This document shows, piece after piece, positions 1-7,928 of a stretch of 64,000 bases of DNA. Within the stretch, counting starts at the first letter, position 1; each line of letters starts with the position of its first letter. Under the pieces are notes generated by a model. That model saw only the letters and a program-made list of their open reading frames with translations. It was not told the DNA's origin and did not search any database. The stretch is from positions 224,001 to 288,000 of the IMG/VR virus record IMGVR_UViG_3300045988_155520; one strand, given 5' to 3'. A program made the translations under genes and the position numbers. This DNA is from a virus.

Positions 1-776
1 TCCTCATAACTTTCTTTGTCATTATCATATATCTCTTCCTTTTTGTAAGCACATTCCAAATCATACTTGCTTGTGTTGAGAAATGACATAGAACACTCGT
101 CATTATCATAAATGATTTGAATGTTATTCTCATTGAGTTTATCCTTCATCTTCATAAACTCATCAACAAGTTCCTTCTGCTCGTCTGTTAGCGAAAGTGC
201 CTTGAGAATACCCTCCTTAATAGTTTCAGTTCCGTTCTCTGATACTTTAATATCATTCCAAGCCAAAGCCTCCTCCCTTGTCTTGTAAATACCCTTGAAA
301 GCGTTATCATACTTTCCATTCTCTCCATATATAATAGGTGCACCTATGTGTACCTCCTCAACATCACCATTTGCAAACTTGTAAGATACAAAATCATAGA
401 AATTAGTACCGCCATTATTAACAAGTTGTGCAGGCAATTCACGTACCGATGTTAAACCATTCAAGAAGTCTACAAGTGACAACTCCTCCTCGATACGGAT
501 ATCCTTCTCATAGTCCTCTACAGAATTGTAAGCGACAAAATTTTTCATTATCTTGCCTTCAAAAGGTTTCTGTGACACTTCAAAGAAAGTAACACCATTT
601 TTATTTTTGGAAATTACTTTCTCCTCACTTCCCTTTGATGTGACCATGTAAAGAATAACACCGCTTAATGTATCAACACTATGAAACTTGATAGAACACA
701 ATGTAAGAACATTGTTAATCATTACATACGCATCAACATTTGAAGATGTAATCACACGAATAGTTAAATTTTCCAT
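1..776 (-). CDS. hypothetical protein, C-terminus beyond left edge
   Basis: ATG at 776 (MENLTIRVITSSNVDAYV...). Minus-strand frame stays open to position 1 by hand translation. Absent from the ORF track because it runs off the edge. Promoter 815-846 lies just upstream. Confidence 0.7.
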   Translation of the reverse strand, partial: MENLTIRVITSSNVDAYVMINNVLTLCSIKFHSVDTLSGVILYMVTSKGSEEKVISKNKNGVTFFEVSQKPFEGKIMKNFVAYNSVEDYEKDIRIEEELSLVDFLNGLTSVRELPAQLVNNGGTNFYDFVSYKFANGDVEEVHIGAPIIYGENGKYDNAFKGIYKTREEALAWNDIKVSENGTETIKEGILKALSLTDEQKELVDEFMKMKDKLNENNIQIIYDNDECSMSFLNTSKYDLECAYKKEEIYDNDKESYE

Positions 777-814
777 AATTCTTAATTTGTTTGTTTATTA
801 CTGAATTGTGAGTG

Positions 815-846
815 CAAAGGTAAGCAATTATTTTTATACTACCAAA
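815..846 (-). promoter_or_regulatory. Bacteroidota-type promoter
   Basis: On the minus strand: -7 TACCTTTG (815-822), -33 TTTG (843-846), 20-nt spacer. ATG at 776. Confidence 0.75.
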
Positions 847-870
847 TATTTCCTTACTTTAAACTTTTAT

Positions 871-1512
871 TTAACACTTATCTTCCAAACAATCTATTAG
901 GTGTTGTAATAAATTGTATGTTCCCTCTATACTAAGCGCACCTAAAGGGAAAGTCTGTGTATTTGCTTTCAACATAACACGTTTATCTTCCACGCTTATG
1001 CTTTTAAAACTTTCTTCATTTGTAGCTATGCAAGTGTGGAACATATCGCAATCTTCAAAGATAAAAGTTCTCTCGTCCTCGTCTGAAAGAAGTTCGATAA
1101 ACTTTTTTTCAATATCCTTACGTAACTTGTAAATTTTATCATCAAAATACAAGAAATTTTGACAATAATACTCAATAGCAAGATACACTGCGTTATCGGT
1201 ATGGTAATAACAATCATTGCGACTAATATATCCTTCTTTGTCTACAAATACATGAGAAGACAAATCGGTAGTATTAACTACCTTGATGTATATATCGTCC
1301 TTAGTTAATAAATCGCCACGAACTAACTTAATATCAGTTACCTCTGTGTCGTAAACTTCTCCCTGCTTATTTGCAAGAAGAACGCATGGTGTATCGGTAT
1401 CTCTACCATAATTTGCATTATCTGTAATTGATATGTGGGTAATTTCATTATCCAACATCAACTTAATAGCTGTTTCTCTGTTTCTTTCTAAAACAGAATT
1501 TAATGATTCCAT
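871..1512 (-). CDS. hypothetical protein
   Basis: 213-aa ORF with its own promoter at 1559-1590. Overlapping plus-strand and other-frame ORFs look spurious. Confidence 0.8.
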   Translation of the reverse strand: MESLNSVLERNRETAIKLMLDNEITHISITDNANYGRDTDTPCVLLANKQGEVYDTEVTDIKLVRGDLLTKDDIYIKVVNTTDLSSHVFVDKEGYISRNDCYYHTDNAVYLAIEYYCQNFLYFDDKIYKLRKDIEKKFIELLSDEDERTFIFEDCDMFHTCIATNEESFKSISVEDKRVMLKANTQTFPLGALSIEGTYNLLQHLIDCLEDKC

Positions 1513-1558
1513 AACTCTAAATGTTTTGTTTAATTGTTTGTTTATTGATTTACGTTTG

Positions 1559-1590
1559 CAAAGATACTAACTTAATTGCAAACTGCCAAA
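1559..1590 (-). promoter_or_regulatory. Bacteroidota-type promoter
   Basis: -7 TATCTTTG (1559-1566), -33 TTTG (1587-1590), 20-nt spacer. Confidence 0.75.
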
Positions 1591-1764
1591 CATATTTCTG
1601 ATTTTAACACTTATTTAACATATCACTTTATAGGTTATATATTATATACGCACACACAATATATTATATAATCTCAAATAAGACGTTTTAAGACGTGAGA
1701 ATTACTCACGACTTGTAATTTATCATCGTATAACTTATAAAGTATTAGAATGAAAATAAACCAC

Positions 1765-1810
1765 ACATAAAAGGAAATCTATCACTACTTATCACAAGCA
1801 ATGATAGATT
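1765..1810 (-). terminator. hairpin terminator with conserved loop
   Basis: Stem AATCTATCA (1776-1784) pairs with TGATAGATT (1802-1810). On the minus strand a T-rich tract (TCCTTTTAT) follows. The loop ACTTATCACAAGCA is shared with 3126-3160. Confidence 0.55.
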
Positions 1811-1821
1811 AATAAAAAAAA

Positions 1822-2010
1822 CAAACTAAATTATAACCTATTCCGATAGTTGTTCGTTAACAAATCCTAACAAAAACGTCAGCTTTGTTACTAATCATCT
1901 GTAAGCATTTCAACCTACAGCGGAGCTATCTTTCATCGCCCGTATTAAGATGTTACGGGCACCATTAAGGTCTCTGTGAACCCTATTCCTTCATATTATC
2001 TATTTTATCC
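1822..2010 (-). ncRNA. orphan TnpB 3'-end / omega-RNA-like scaffold copy plus 21-nt flank
   Basis: 1843 to about 2010 aligns base for base with 21650 to about 21815, the 3' end of tnpB plus 67 nt downstream. It retains hairpin GCCCGTA (1938-1944) / TACGGGC (1954-1960). The coding frame is broken by a 1-nt deletion upstream of the HRDLNGARNI codons. Homology ends at 1843, followed in minus sense by the 21 nt AATAGGTTATAATTTAGTTTG and then T8 (1814-1821). Confidence 0.55.
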
Positions 2011-2077
2011 TTCCACTCATCGTAACTATGTGACGTTATAATCATGATTATAACTACCACCAAAATATAAATCATCA

Positions 2078-2440
2078 TCATTCTTTTGTCCGTGCATAAG
2101 TTCCTACAAGTTCGTCCAAAATAGCTATCCAATCTCCATAGTGAAAATCAGAACAATATTTTAAATCTTCTGTGAACTCTTCATTGTTAGCAATGTAAGT
2201 AATATCAATTGTTTCCGTTTCGTCATTTACAGACAATTCTTTTACATTGATATCCAACAATGAGTTATCCGACCACCCATCAAAATCAGGTGCCAAAGTT
2301 GAATAGATAACTTCCACTTTACCCCCACATGATATAACAATATCACGCATAACATTCAATACTTCCTCCGCACTCTTTTCTAAATTCTCTCGTGCTGACA
2401 TTGAAAGTTCCGAAAACTTTAATTTAAATGATTTATCCAT
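2078..2440 (-). CDS. hypothetical protein
   Basis: 120-aa ORF with promoter 2471-2502. Confidence 0.8.
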   Translation of the reverse strand: MDKSFKLKFSELSMSARENLEKSAEEVLNVMRDIVISCGGKVEVIYSTLAPDFDGWSDNSLLDINVKELSVNDETETIDITYIANNEEFTEDLKYCSDFHYGDWIAILDELVGTYARTKE

Positions 2441-2470
2441 AATTCTTTATATTTAATTTGTTTACGCTTG

Positions 2471-2502
2471 CAAAGTTAAGAAAATAAATTGAACTATCCA
2501 AA
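2471..2502 (-). promoter_or_regulatory. Bacteroidota-type promoter
   Basis: -7 TAACTTTG (2471-2478), -33 TTTG (2499-2502), 20-nt spacer. Confidence 0.75.
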
Positions 2503-2596
2503 TATTTTATACTAATAAAAGTTAATAGTCTATTAAATTAAAAGTAGTATGTCAACCATATTAGTTAAAACACACTACTTGAAAAAAAATATTGAA

Positions 2597-2926
2597 CTAT
2601 TTTTTGAAACTTTCTCCGATTGCATTAATAACATCATCACTTACATTTAATTCAGATGATATATATAGACGCTTATATCTCTCATTGTCATTCATAACAA
2701 ACATAAGTTTGATGATTTTTCCTTTATAATCTAAATACCAAATATGAGGTGACAAAACAGATTTACTATCGGTTTTTAATATAGTAGATACGTCCTTGCG
2801 TGTTAAGTCCACGTCAATAATAGTCCTATCAAAAAGAGTTTTAAAAAACTCACTAATCTTATTAGATTCATTTTTTGAATAAGACTTTAAATCTTTTATC
2901 TTATTATTTAAATTAATTGCATTCAT
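2597..2926 (-). CDS. hypothetical protein
   Basis: 109-aa ORF with promoter 2957-2988. Confidence 0.8.
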   Translation of the reverse strand: MNAINLNNKIKDLKSYSKNESNKISEFFKTLFDRTIIDVDLTRKDVSTILKTDSKSVLSPHIWYLDYKGKIIKLMFVMNDNERYKRLYISSELNVSDDVINAIGESFKK

Positions 2927-2956
2927 AATTTCTATTTGTTTATTGATTTACGACTA

Positions 2957-2988
2957 CAAAGATAATTATTTAATTTGATATATCCAAA
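2957..2988 (-). promoter_or_regulatory. Bacteroidota-type promoter
   Basis: -7 TATCTTTG (2957-2964), -33 TTTG (2985-2988), 20-nt spacer. Confidence 0.75.
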
Positions 2989-3115
2989 TAGATTTTATAT
3001 TTTAATATTAATTTAACACTTGATAGAATATTTGCTTTGTAAGACGTTAAAACAAACTATCTATATAAGTTATCAGATAAAACAAAAGAACTCTTTAGAA
3101 ACGAAATAAAGTGCA

Positions 3116-3160
3116 TAAAACAAAAAATCTACCATGACTTATCACAAGCAATGGTAGATT
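3116..3160 (-). terminator. hairpin terminator with conserved loop
   Basis: Stem AATCTACCAT (3126-3135) pairs with ATGGTAGATT (3151-3160). On the minus strand TTTTTTGTTTT follows. The loop matches the 1776-1810 hairpin and the stem differs by compensatory changes. Confidence 0.7.
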
Positions 3161-3212
3161 ATGAAAAACATTGACTAACTAACCAACTAAATTATTTTCT
3201 ATTGTATTTTTT

Positions 3213-3563
3213 TTAATCAAAATATATCCTATCAACTAAAGACAAAACGTCTTCCATGTGCATAGCATCAATATTTACCCACTTATCACACTTCTGTCCA
3301 TTTTCGACAACAACATGACCTTCAAAACTTGTAAAGTAATCAGTTTTATTGCTTCTTACTTTGTCGATATATAATAGCGAACAAGTTTTATTAATAGCTG
3401 TGCCTTGTAAAAGATAACACTTGAAAGGGTAGTTATTATTCAACACAGAAACACCTTCTTGTCCATACTTTTCAATTTCAGTTTTAACTTCATCAAAACA
3501 TTCACGATAGTAATTAGAAATATCGTCTAAATATCCCTTGATAATAGCTTGATTGTTTGTCAT
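3213..3563 (-). CDS. hypothetical protein (tandem paralog of 3569-3922)
   Basis: 116-aa ORF. Shares the C-terminal pattern CDKWVNIDAM.. / CDEWIAINDF.. with its neighbour. Confidence 0.8.
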   Translation of the reverse strand: MTNNQAIIKGYLDDISNYYRECFDEVKTEIEKYGQEGVSVLNNNYPFKCYLLQGTAINKTCSLLYIDKVRSNKTDYFTSFEGHVVVENGQKCDKWVNIDAMHMEDVLSLVDRIYFD

Positions 3564-3568
3564 AACGT

Positions 3569-3922
3569 TTACTTGCTTTGTTCAAATTTAATACAACCAA
3601 TAATACCAAATGCTGTTTCAATGTCAAAATCATTGATTGCTATCCACTCATCGCACACTTCATGGTTATTAGTTACCACGTGTACTTCAAGTATCGGTTC
3701 GGGCAATACACTATCAGCGACACGAATAGCGTTAATCTCGTAACGTACAGATTCGCAATCATCGTAAACAGCGTCCGCAACATAATTCTCATCGTCCCAA
3801 ACAACAGGTAAACCCTTCTCTCCAAATGGTTTCAAATAATTTACAACATAAGCAATTGTCATGTTATATCGGTTATATGTTTCATACATTAACCTATCAA
3901 ATTCTTTTTGAAATTCTTTCAT
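3569..3922 (-). CDS. hypothetical protein (tandem paralog of 3213-3563)
   Basis: 117-aa ORF separated from its paralog by a 5-nt gap. Confidence 0.8.
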   Translation of the reverse strand: MKEFQKEFDRLMYETYNRYNMTIAYVVNYLKPFGEKGLPVVWDDENYVADAVYDDCESVRYEINAIRVADSVLPEPILEVHVVTNNHEVCDEWIAINDFDIETAFGIIGCIKFEQSK

Positions 3923-3946
3923 AATTCTAAATGATTATTAGTTTGT

Positions 3947-4120
3947 TTATTCAATTTCAATATCGGTAAATTCAGTGTCAACTACTCTCATACCTTCAAT
4001 CTCATCAGCTGTTACTGAATAAGTACATTCTGTACCAAATGTATCTAATAACTCTTCTTCTGTCATGTTTTCGTCATGTTCAACCAAAACACTAATTGTT
4101 AATTGTAGTCTTGTTTTCAT
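3947..4120 (-). CDS. small acidic hypothetical protein (57 aa)
   Basis: Hand-translated MKTRLQLTISVLVEHDENMTEEELLDTF...EIE. ATG lies 42 nt downstream of the -7 box at 4162-4169. Below the ORF-track size cutoff. Confidence 0.6.
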   Translation of the reverse strand: MKTRLQLTISVLVEHDENMTEEELLDTFGTECTYSVTADEIEGMRVVDTEFTDIEIE

Positions 4121-4161
4121 AATTCCTTTTTGTTTGTTTGTTTGTTAATTGATTTGTAGTG

Positions 4162-4193
4162 CAAAGGTAATGAAATAAATTGAAACTACAAAA
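4162..4193 (-). promoter_or_regulatory. Bacteroidota-type promoter
   Basis: -7 TACCTTTG (4162-4169), -33 TTTG (4189-4192), 19-nt spacer. Confidence 0.75.
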
Positions 4194-4213
4194 TATTCCA
4201 TTACTATTAACAT

Positions 4214-4531
4214 TTATTTAACACTAATAAAGTTTTTGTTCTTATTGAATTGATTAAAAACATCAACACAAATTGTCATTTCGCTATATACGTTGTCTAC
4301 ATACATAGTCCTTGCCCATTCTTTTGCCTCCTCTAAAGTTGGAAAACTATTAGTAGGTGTCCTATCATCATATTCCCTATAGAAATCATAACAAGTTTTA
4401 TTTAAGTAAGAAGATTTACTAATTTTGCATATTCCTTCACTTGTTACGGCTAATAAATCACCTTCCATTTCAAACCATTCAAGACAAACAGACTTGGCTG
4501 CAATCTGACTTATGTTAATCTCTTTTTCCAT
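4214..4531 (-). CDS. hypothetical protein
   Basis: 105-aa ORF, last gene of the unit driven from promoter 5458-5489. Confidence 0.8.
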   Translation of the reverse strand: MEKEINISQIAAKSVCLEWFEMEGDLLAVTSEGICKISKSSYLNKTCYDFYREYDDRTPTNSFPTLEEAKEWARTMYVDNVYSEMTICVDVFNQFNKNKNFISVK

Positions 4532-4541
4532 AGGTAATTTA

Positions 4542-4790
4542 TTATAAATTCATTTCATATACTGCCTTCATGTTTCCTATCTTATTAATCTCAACATGAC
4601 AAGATTTATCAGACTTCTTACAATAGTAAACGTCCTCCGCTATTGAAGATGCACAATTTTCCAAATAACTCTTATCATTATTGAATGTAAGAAATTTTCT
4701 CGCAAGTTCCAAACCGCTATAAGTGCCGTTCTCTATTTCCTTTGCGTGTTCTCTAATTGATAGAATAGGGTTTATATATACATTATTCAT
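4542..4790 (-). CDS. hypothetical protein
   Basis: 82-aa ORF tightly packed with its neighbours. Confidence 0.75.
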   Translation of the reverse strand: MNNVYINPILSIREHAKEIENGTYSGLELARKFLTFNNDKSYLENCASSIAEDVYYCKKSDKSCHVEINKIGNMKAVYEMNL

Positions 4791-4823
4791 ATTTCTAAAT
4801 TTAATATATGTTAAAAAAATATG

Positions 4824-5426
4824 TTAACAATCTCCAATCATAGGAGGACATATTAAATCAAATAATTGTTCCTCAACAACCTTCTTGAAAATATGATATA
4901 ACATAATTTGGTCTTTTAATCGTAATTGATTTATATATATCCATTTGTCACTAACCTTATCATAGAACCTTATTGAACCATTATCACATACAACCTTTGT
5001 AAAAGTGAAATGTCCATTTACATTTGGTATGGTACGAACATTCTCATTAGCAATAATTTCATTATTATTTAAAGCTAAGAAAGTTGCAAACTTGTCAATT
5101 ATTTTCTGAGACAAATCACTTTCTTCCTCGCTTAATTCATAAATTGTTTCAGTCAATGAAATAGCCTTATAGATATGATTTAAACCATGTTCACTTGATA
5201 AATCAGACATAGGGATAAATTTATTATCCAAACAATCAAGTCTATTAACGCAATGGAAATAAATATCGCCCTTACTAAGTACAATGTTGCATACATCATA
5301 CTCTTCAATATCTTTTCTAACAATAGGACAATTATTAACGAATGAAATATTATTACGATATTTCTTTTGCATATACATACGCAAATTATTTACATCACTC
5401 TCGCTAAATTTTAATAATTTACTCAT
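4824..5426 (-). CDS. hypothetical protein
   Basis: 200-aa ORF with promoter 5458-5489. Confidence 0.8.
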   Translation of the reverse strand: MSKLLKFSESDVNNLRMYMQKKYRNNISFVNNCPIVRKDIEEYDVCNIVLSKGDIYFHCVNRLDCLDNKFIPMSDLSSEHGLNHIYKAISLTETIYELSEEESDLSQKIIDKFATFLALNNNEIIANENVRTIPNVNGHFTFTKVVCDNGSIRFYDKVSDKWIYINQLRLKDQIMLYHIFKKVVEEQLFDLICPPMIGDC

Positions 5427-5457
5427 AATTCTTAATTTGTTTTATTGATTTACAATG

Positions 5458-5489
5458 CAAAAGTAGGAAATTAATTTGATATACACAAA
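5458..5489 (-). promoter_or_regulatory. Bacteroidota-type promoter
   Basis: -7 TACTTTTG (5458-5465), -33 TTTG (5486-5489), 20-nt spacer. Confidence 0.75.
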
Positions 5490-5520
5490 TAATCCCTTAC
5501 TTTTAACTAAAATTTAACGT

Positions 5521-6171
5521 TTACATACTAATATAAAGGTTTTTATTCTCACCACCTTCTGTGAGGATATAGAAGTGTCTACATATCGTAATTTTATCTT
5601 CAAAGGTAAGTTCATTGAAGTTGATATATGTTTCACTTGCATTGTCATATGCAAACATTTCCCCTTCTTTAAATTTAATTTCGGTAAATTCATACCAAAG
5701 TTTCCCAAACTCATCATCAAAACCTTTTTTAATAAAACATGGTTCTAACTCGTTGTCAGTATCGGAAATTACATTACCAAACATTTCAAACATTCGTAAG
5801 AAATTATTTTCCAAAGCCGTTGTAATGAATTTAAAATTACGGAATACCATAGAAAGTGTATCATCTGTAAAGCCTATATGTTCATAAATAATAAGTTCTC
5901 CTTCATTATAGGAACTTAAAACATTTTCAATAGGTAATGAACAAATTTCACCATGTTCTGTTGTACCACTAACCATTAACTTATTGTTAATAAGTGTTAA
6001 TTCCTTAACATCTAAAGTAACAATAGAATTTGTATCTTCTTTGTCCTTGCTTGGAATAACAAATTTAACTTGTGGATATGGTGCCGTCAAAAAATATGTT
6101 GAATTATTCTTTTTCAACATAGAAATTACTTCATTTCTCTTTCTCTCTACTAAATTTGTATAAGCACTCAT
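5521..6171 (-). CDS. hypothetical protein
   Basis: 216-aa ORF with promoter 6213-6244. The overlapping 5514-5720 and 5615-5887 ORFs look spurious. Confidence 0.8.
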   Translation of the reverse strand: MSAYTNLVERKRNEVISMLKKNNSTYFLTAPYPQVKFVIPSKDKEDTNSIVTLDVKELTLINNKLMVSGTTEHGEICSLPIENVLSSYNEGELIIYEHIGFTDDTLSMVFRNFKFITTALENNFLRMFEMFGNVISDTDNELEPCFIKKGFDDEFGKLWYEFTEIKFKEGEMFAYDNASETYINFNELTFEDKITICRHFYILTEGGENKNLYISM

Positions 6172-6212
6172 AATTCTTATATTTTAATTTGTTTATAATT
6201 GAATTGTGGGTG

Positions 6213-6244
6213 CAAAGATAAAAAAATAACTTGAATTATACAAA
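6213..6244 (-). promoter_or_regulatory. Bacteroidota-type promoter
   Basis: -7 TATCTTTG (6213-6220), -33 TTTG (6241-6244), 20-nt spacer. Confidence 0.75.
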
Positions 6245-6262
6245 TAATCCAAGTTAATAAAA

Positions 6263-6361
6263 GTTAATTACCTTGCGGTAAAGTGTTACAAACATCACAA
6301 AAATTGGTGCGATAGTAATAGATACGTTGTGATTACCTTTCGGTATTATATTACAAACATC
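6263..6361. repeat. about 95-bp intergenic element with two TTACC-N4-GGTAA palindromes 65 bp apart (copy 1 of 2)
   Basis: ATTACCTTGCGGTAAAGTGTTACAAACATC (6267-6296) and ATTACCTTTCGGTATTATATTACAAACATC (6332-6361). The same architecture and spacing recur at 61734-61832. Confidence 0.7.
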
Positions 6362-6366
6362 TTTAT

Positions 6367-6531
6367 TTATTTTCTCTTTGGTTTATTCTTTTTCCTTCTA
6401 TTACGCTTATTGCTGTACGGTGTTGACCCACTTCTATTTTTACCTTCCGACTTAAATTTCCTAAGCATATAATCATGCAAATAGTCAGTAGTTGGTTTTA
6501 ACTCCCAAGCAATACTTCTAAAATCTTCCAT
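6367..6531 (-). CDS. small basic hypothetical protein (54 aa)
   Basis: Hand-translated MEDFRSIAWELKPTTDYLHDYMLRKFKSEGKNRSGSTPYSNKRNRRKKNKPKRK. Promoter 6560-6591 lies directly upstream. Confidence 0.55.
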   Translation of the reverse strand: MEDFRSIAWELKPTTDYLHDYMLRKFKSEGKNRSGSTPYSNKRNRRKKNKPKRK

Positions 6532-6559
6532 ATTTTCTAAATGTTTTGATAATTTGCCA

Positions 6560-6591
6560 CAAAGATAGATAATATTTTTAACATAACCAAA
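6560..6591 (-). promoter_or_regulatory. Bacteroidota-type promoter
   Basis: -7 TATCTTTG (6560-6567), -33 TTTG (6588-6591), 20-nt spacer. Confidence 0.7.
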
Positions 6592-6638
6592 TAATACATA
6601 GCATTTAACTATAATTTAACATCCTATGTACTACTTTG

Positions 6639-6652
6639 TACTTATTTAAGTA
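6639..6652. repeat. TACTTA-N2-TAAGTA palindrome, copy 1 of 6
   Basis: The sequence is gTACTTATTTAAGTAtg. It overlaps the stop codon of 6646-7398. Confidence 0.8.
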
Positions 6653-7398
6653 TGACTCTCTATGTTATTATACATTTCTTCTACATATTTAATAACTCTT
6701 TCGTACTCTTGTCCGCTTAACTTACTATCTTCATAAGCCTTCTTGATAAGTTCCTCACTTGTACCATAGAAACAACCTACCTTCCACTTCTTATTTGAAC
6801 GTGTATAAACAAAGTAACGACCACTACTCCATGTATTCTTTCCAACATAGTAGTCAGTAATTGATTTTATTTCAGCGTCTCCACATATATGAATGTTCCC
6901 GTATATTTCAGTGTAACCATGAACTTTAACATTATCATAAATTTGTACATCATTGAATATATAAGCATTTCCATAAATATATGCACATCCAAATACCTTT
7001 ACATTGTTATAAATTTGTGCGTTATTAGAAATTCTTGCATTATCAAAAATGTGTGCATTATCATATACTGAAACATCATTTTGTAAAATTGCGCAATCTT
7101 GTATTTTTGAATTACCTCCTACTTCTGCATTGTCAGTAACAATAGCATATCCAAATACCTTCGCATTGCCACAAACTATAGCTTTTCCACTGACATGAGC
7201 ATTCTGAAATACCATTGCTTCATCATACACCCAACATGTTCCTCTTTGAGATAGATTTTCTTCTTTCTCAATCCATCCCCCTAAATCACCCTTCTTGATT
7301 TGATAAAAATCTCTTAGTGCTTCTATTCTATAAAGGGTAATGCCATTGAACTCCTTTGAAATATCAGTTCTAATTTTATACTTGTTTATCGCATTCAT
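6646..7398 (-). CDS. beta-helix / bactofilin-like repeat protein
   Basis: 250 aa. Long run of short repeats of the form NAxVxGxAxV (NAKVFGYAIVTDNAEVGGNSKIQDCAILQNDVSVYDNAHIFDNARISNNAQIYNNVKVFG...). N-terminus is paralogous to 7429-7872. Confidence 0.6.
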   Translation of the reverse strand: MNAINKYKIRTDISKEFNGITLYRIEALRDFYQIKKGDLGGWIEKEENLSQRGTCWVYDEAMVFQNAHVSGKAIVCGNAKVFGYAIVTDNAEVGGNSKIQDCAILQNDVSVYDNAHIFDNARISNNAQIYNNVKVFGCAYIYGNAYIFNDVQIYDNVKVHGYTEIYGNIHICGDAEIKSITDYYVGKNTWSSGRYFVYTRSNKKWKVGCFYGTSEELIKKAYEDSKLSGQEYERVIKYVEEMYNNIESHT

Positions 7399-7408
7399 GT
7401 TCTATTTG

Positions 7409-7422
7409 TACTTATTTAAGTA
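7409..7422. repeat. TACTTA-N2-TAAGTA palindrome, copy 2 of 6
   Basis: The sequence is gTACTTATTTAAGTAtg, in the 30-nt gap between the two beta-helix paralogs. Confidence 0.8.
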
Positions 7423-7428
7423 TGGTTA

Positions 7429-7872
7429 TTATACTAATTCAGTATGTTCTAAAATATCATTTCCTCCAACTCTTGCAAAACCTGCAATTTTAGAATGACC
7501 TAAAACTTTAGCATTATGACATACCCATGCATCTCCGTACACTTCTGCGTAATCAAATACTTCTGCGTTATCACTTATATACGCATTTTCACATAGATTA
7601 GCATTACCATATACTCGGACCTCATTAAACAATCTTGCTTTATCACGAACTTTAGCATTGTCAAATACTTTGGCATTCTCACGGACGAAGGCATTACCAT
7701 ATACCCAACAGTCGCCTTCTTGAGATAGATTTTCCCCTTTCTCAATCCAACCACCAATATCTCCCTTTTTTACATCACTAAAGTCCTTTAACGCTTCAAT
7801 ACGATAAAGGGTAATACCACCATCAAGTTTTAATGACATATCTTCTCTAATTCTGTATTTCTTTTCTTCCAT
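7429..7872 (-). CDS. beta-helix / bactofilin-like repeat protein (shorter paralog)
   Basis: The track ORF 7429-7899 starts at a TTG inside the promoter. The first ATG (MEEKKYRIRED...) is at 7872 and matches the paralog start MNAINKYKIRTD. Repeats of the form NAKVFDNAKVRDKARLFNEVRVYGNA. Confidence 0.6.
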   Translation of the reverse strand: MEEKKYRIREDMSLKLDGGITLYRIEALKDFSDVKKGDIGGWIEKGENLSQEGDCWVYGNAFVRENAKVFDNAKVRDKARLFNEVRVYGNANLCENAYISDNAEVFDYAEVYGDAWVCHNAKVLGHSKIAGFARVGGNDILEHTELV

Positions 7873-7896
7873 AATTTCATTTATAATTGAATGATA

Positions 7897-7928
7897 CAAA
7901 ATTACAAAGAAAAAATCAATTATCCAAA
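7897..7928 (-). promoter_or_regulatory. Bacteroidota-type promoter
   Basis: -7 TAATTTTG (7897-7904), -33 TTTG (7925-7928), 20-nt spacer. Confidence 0.65.
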
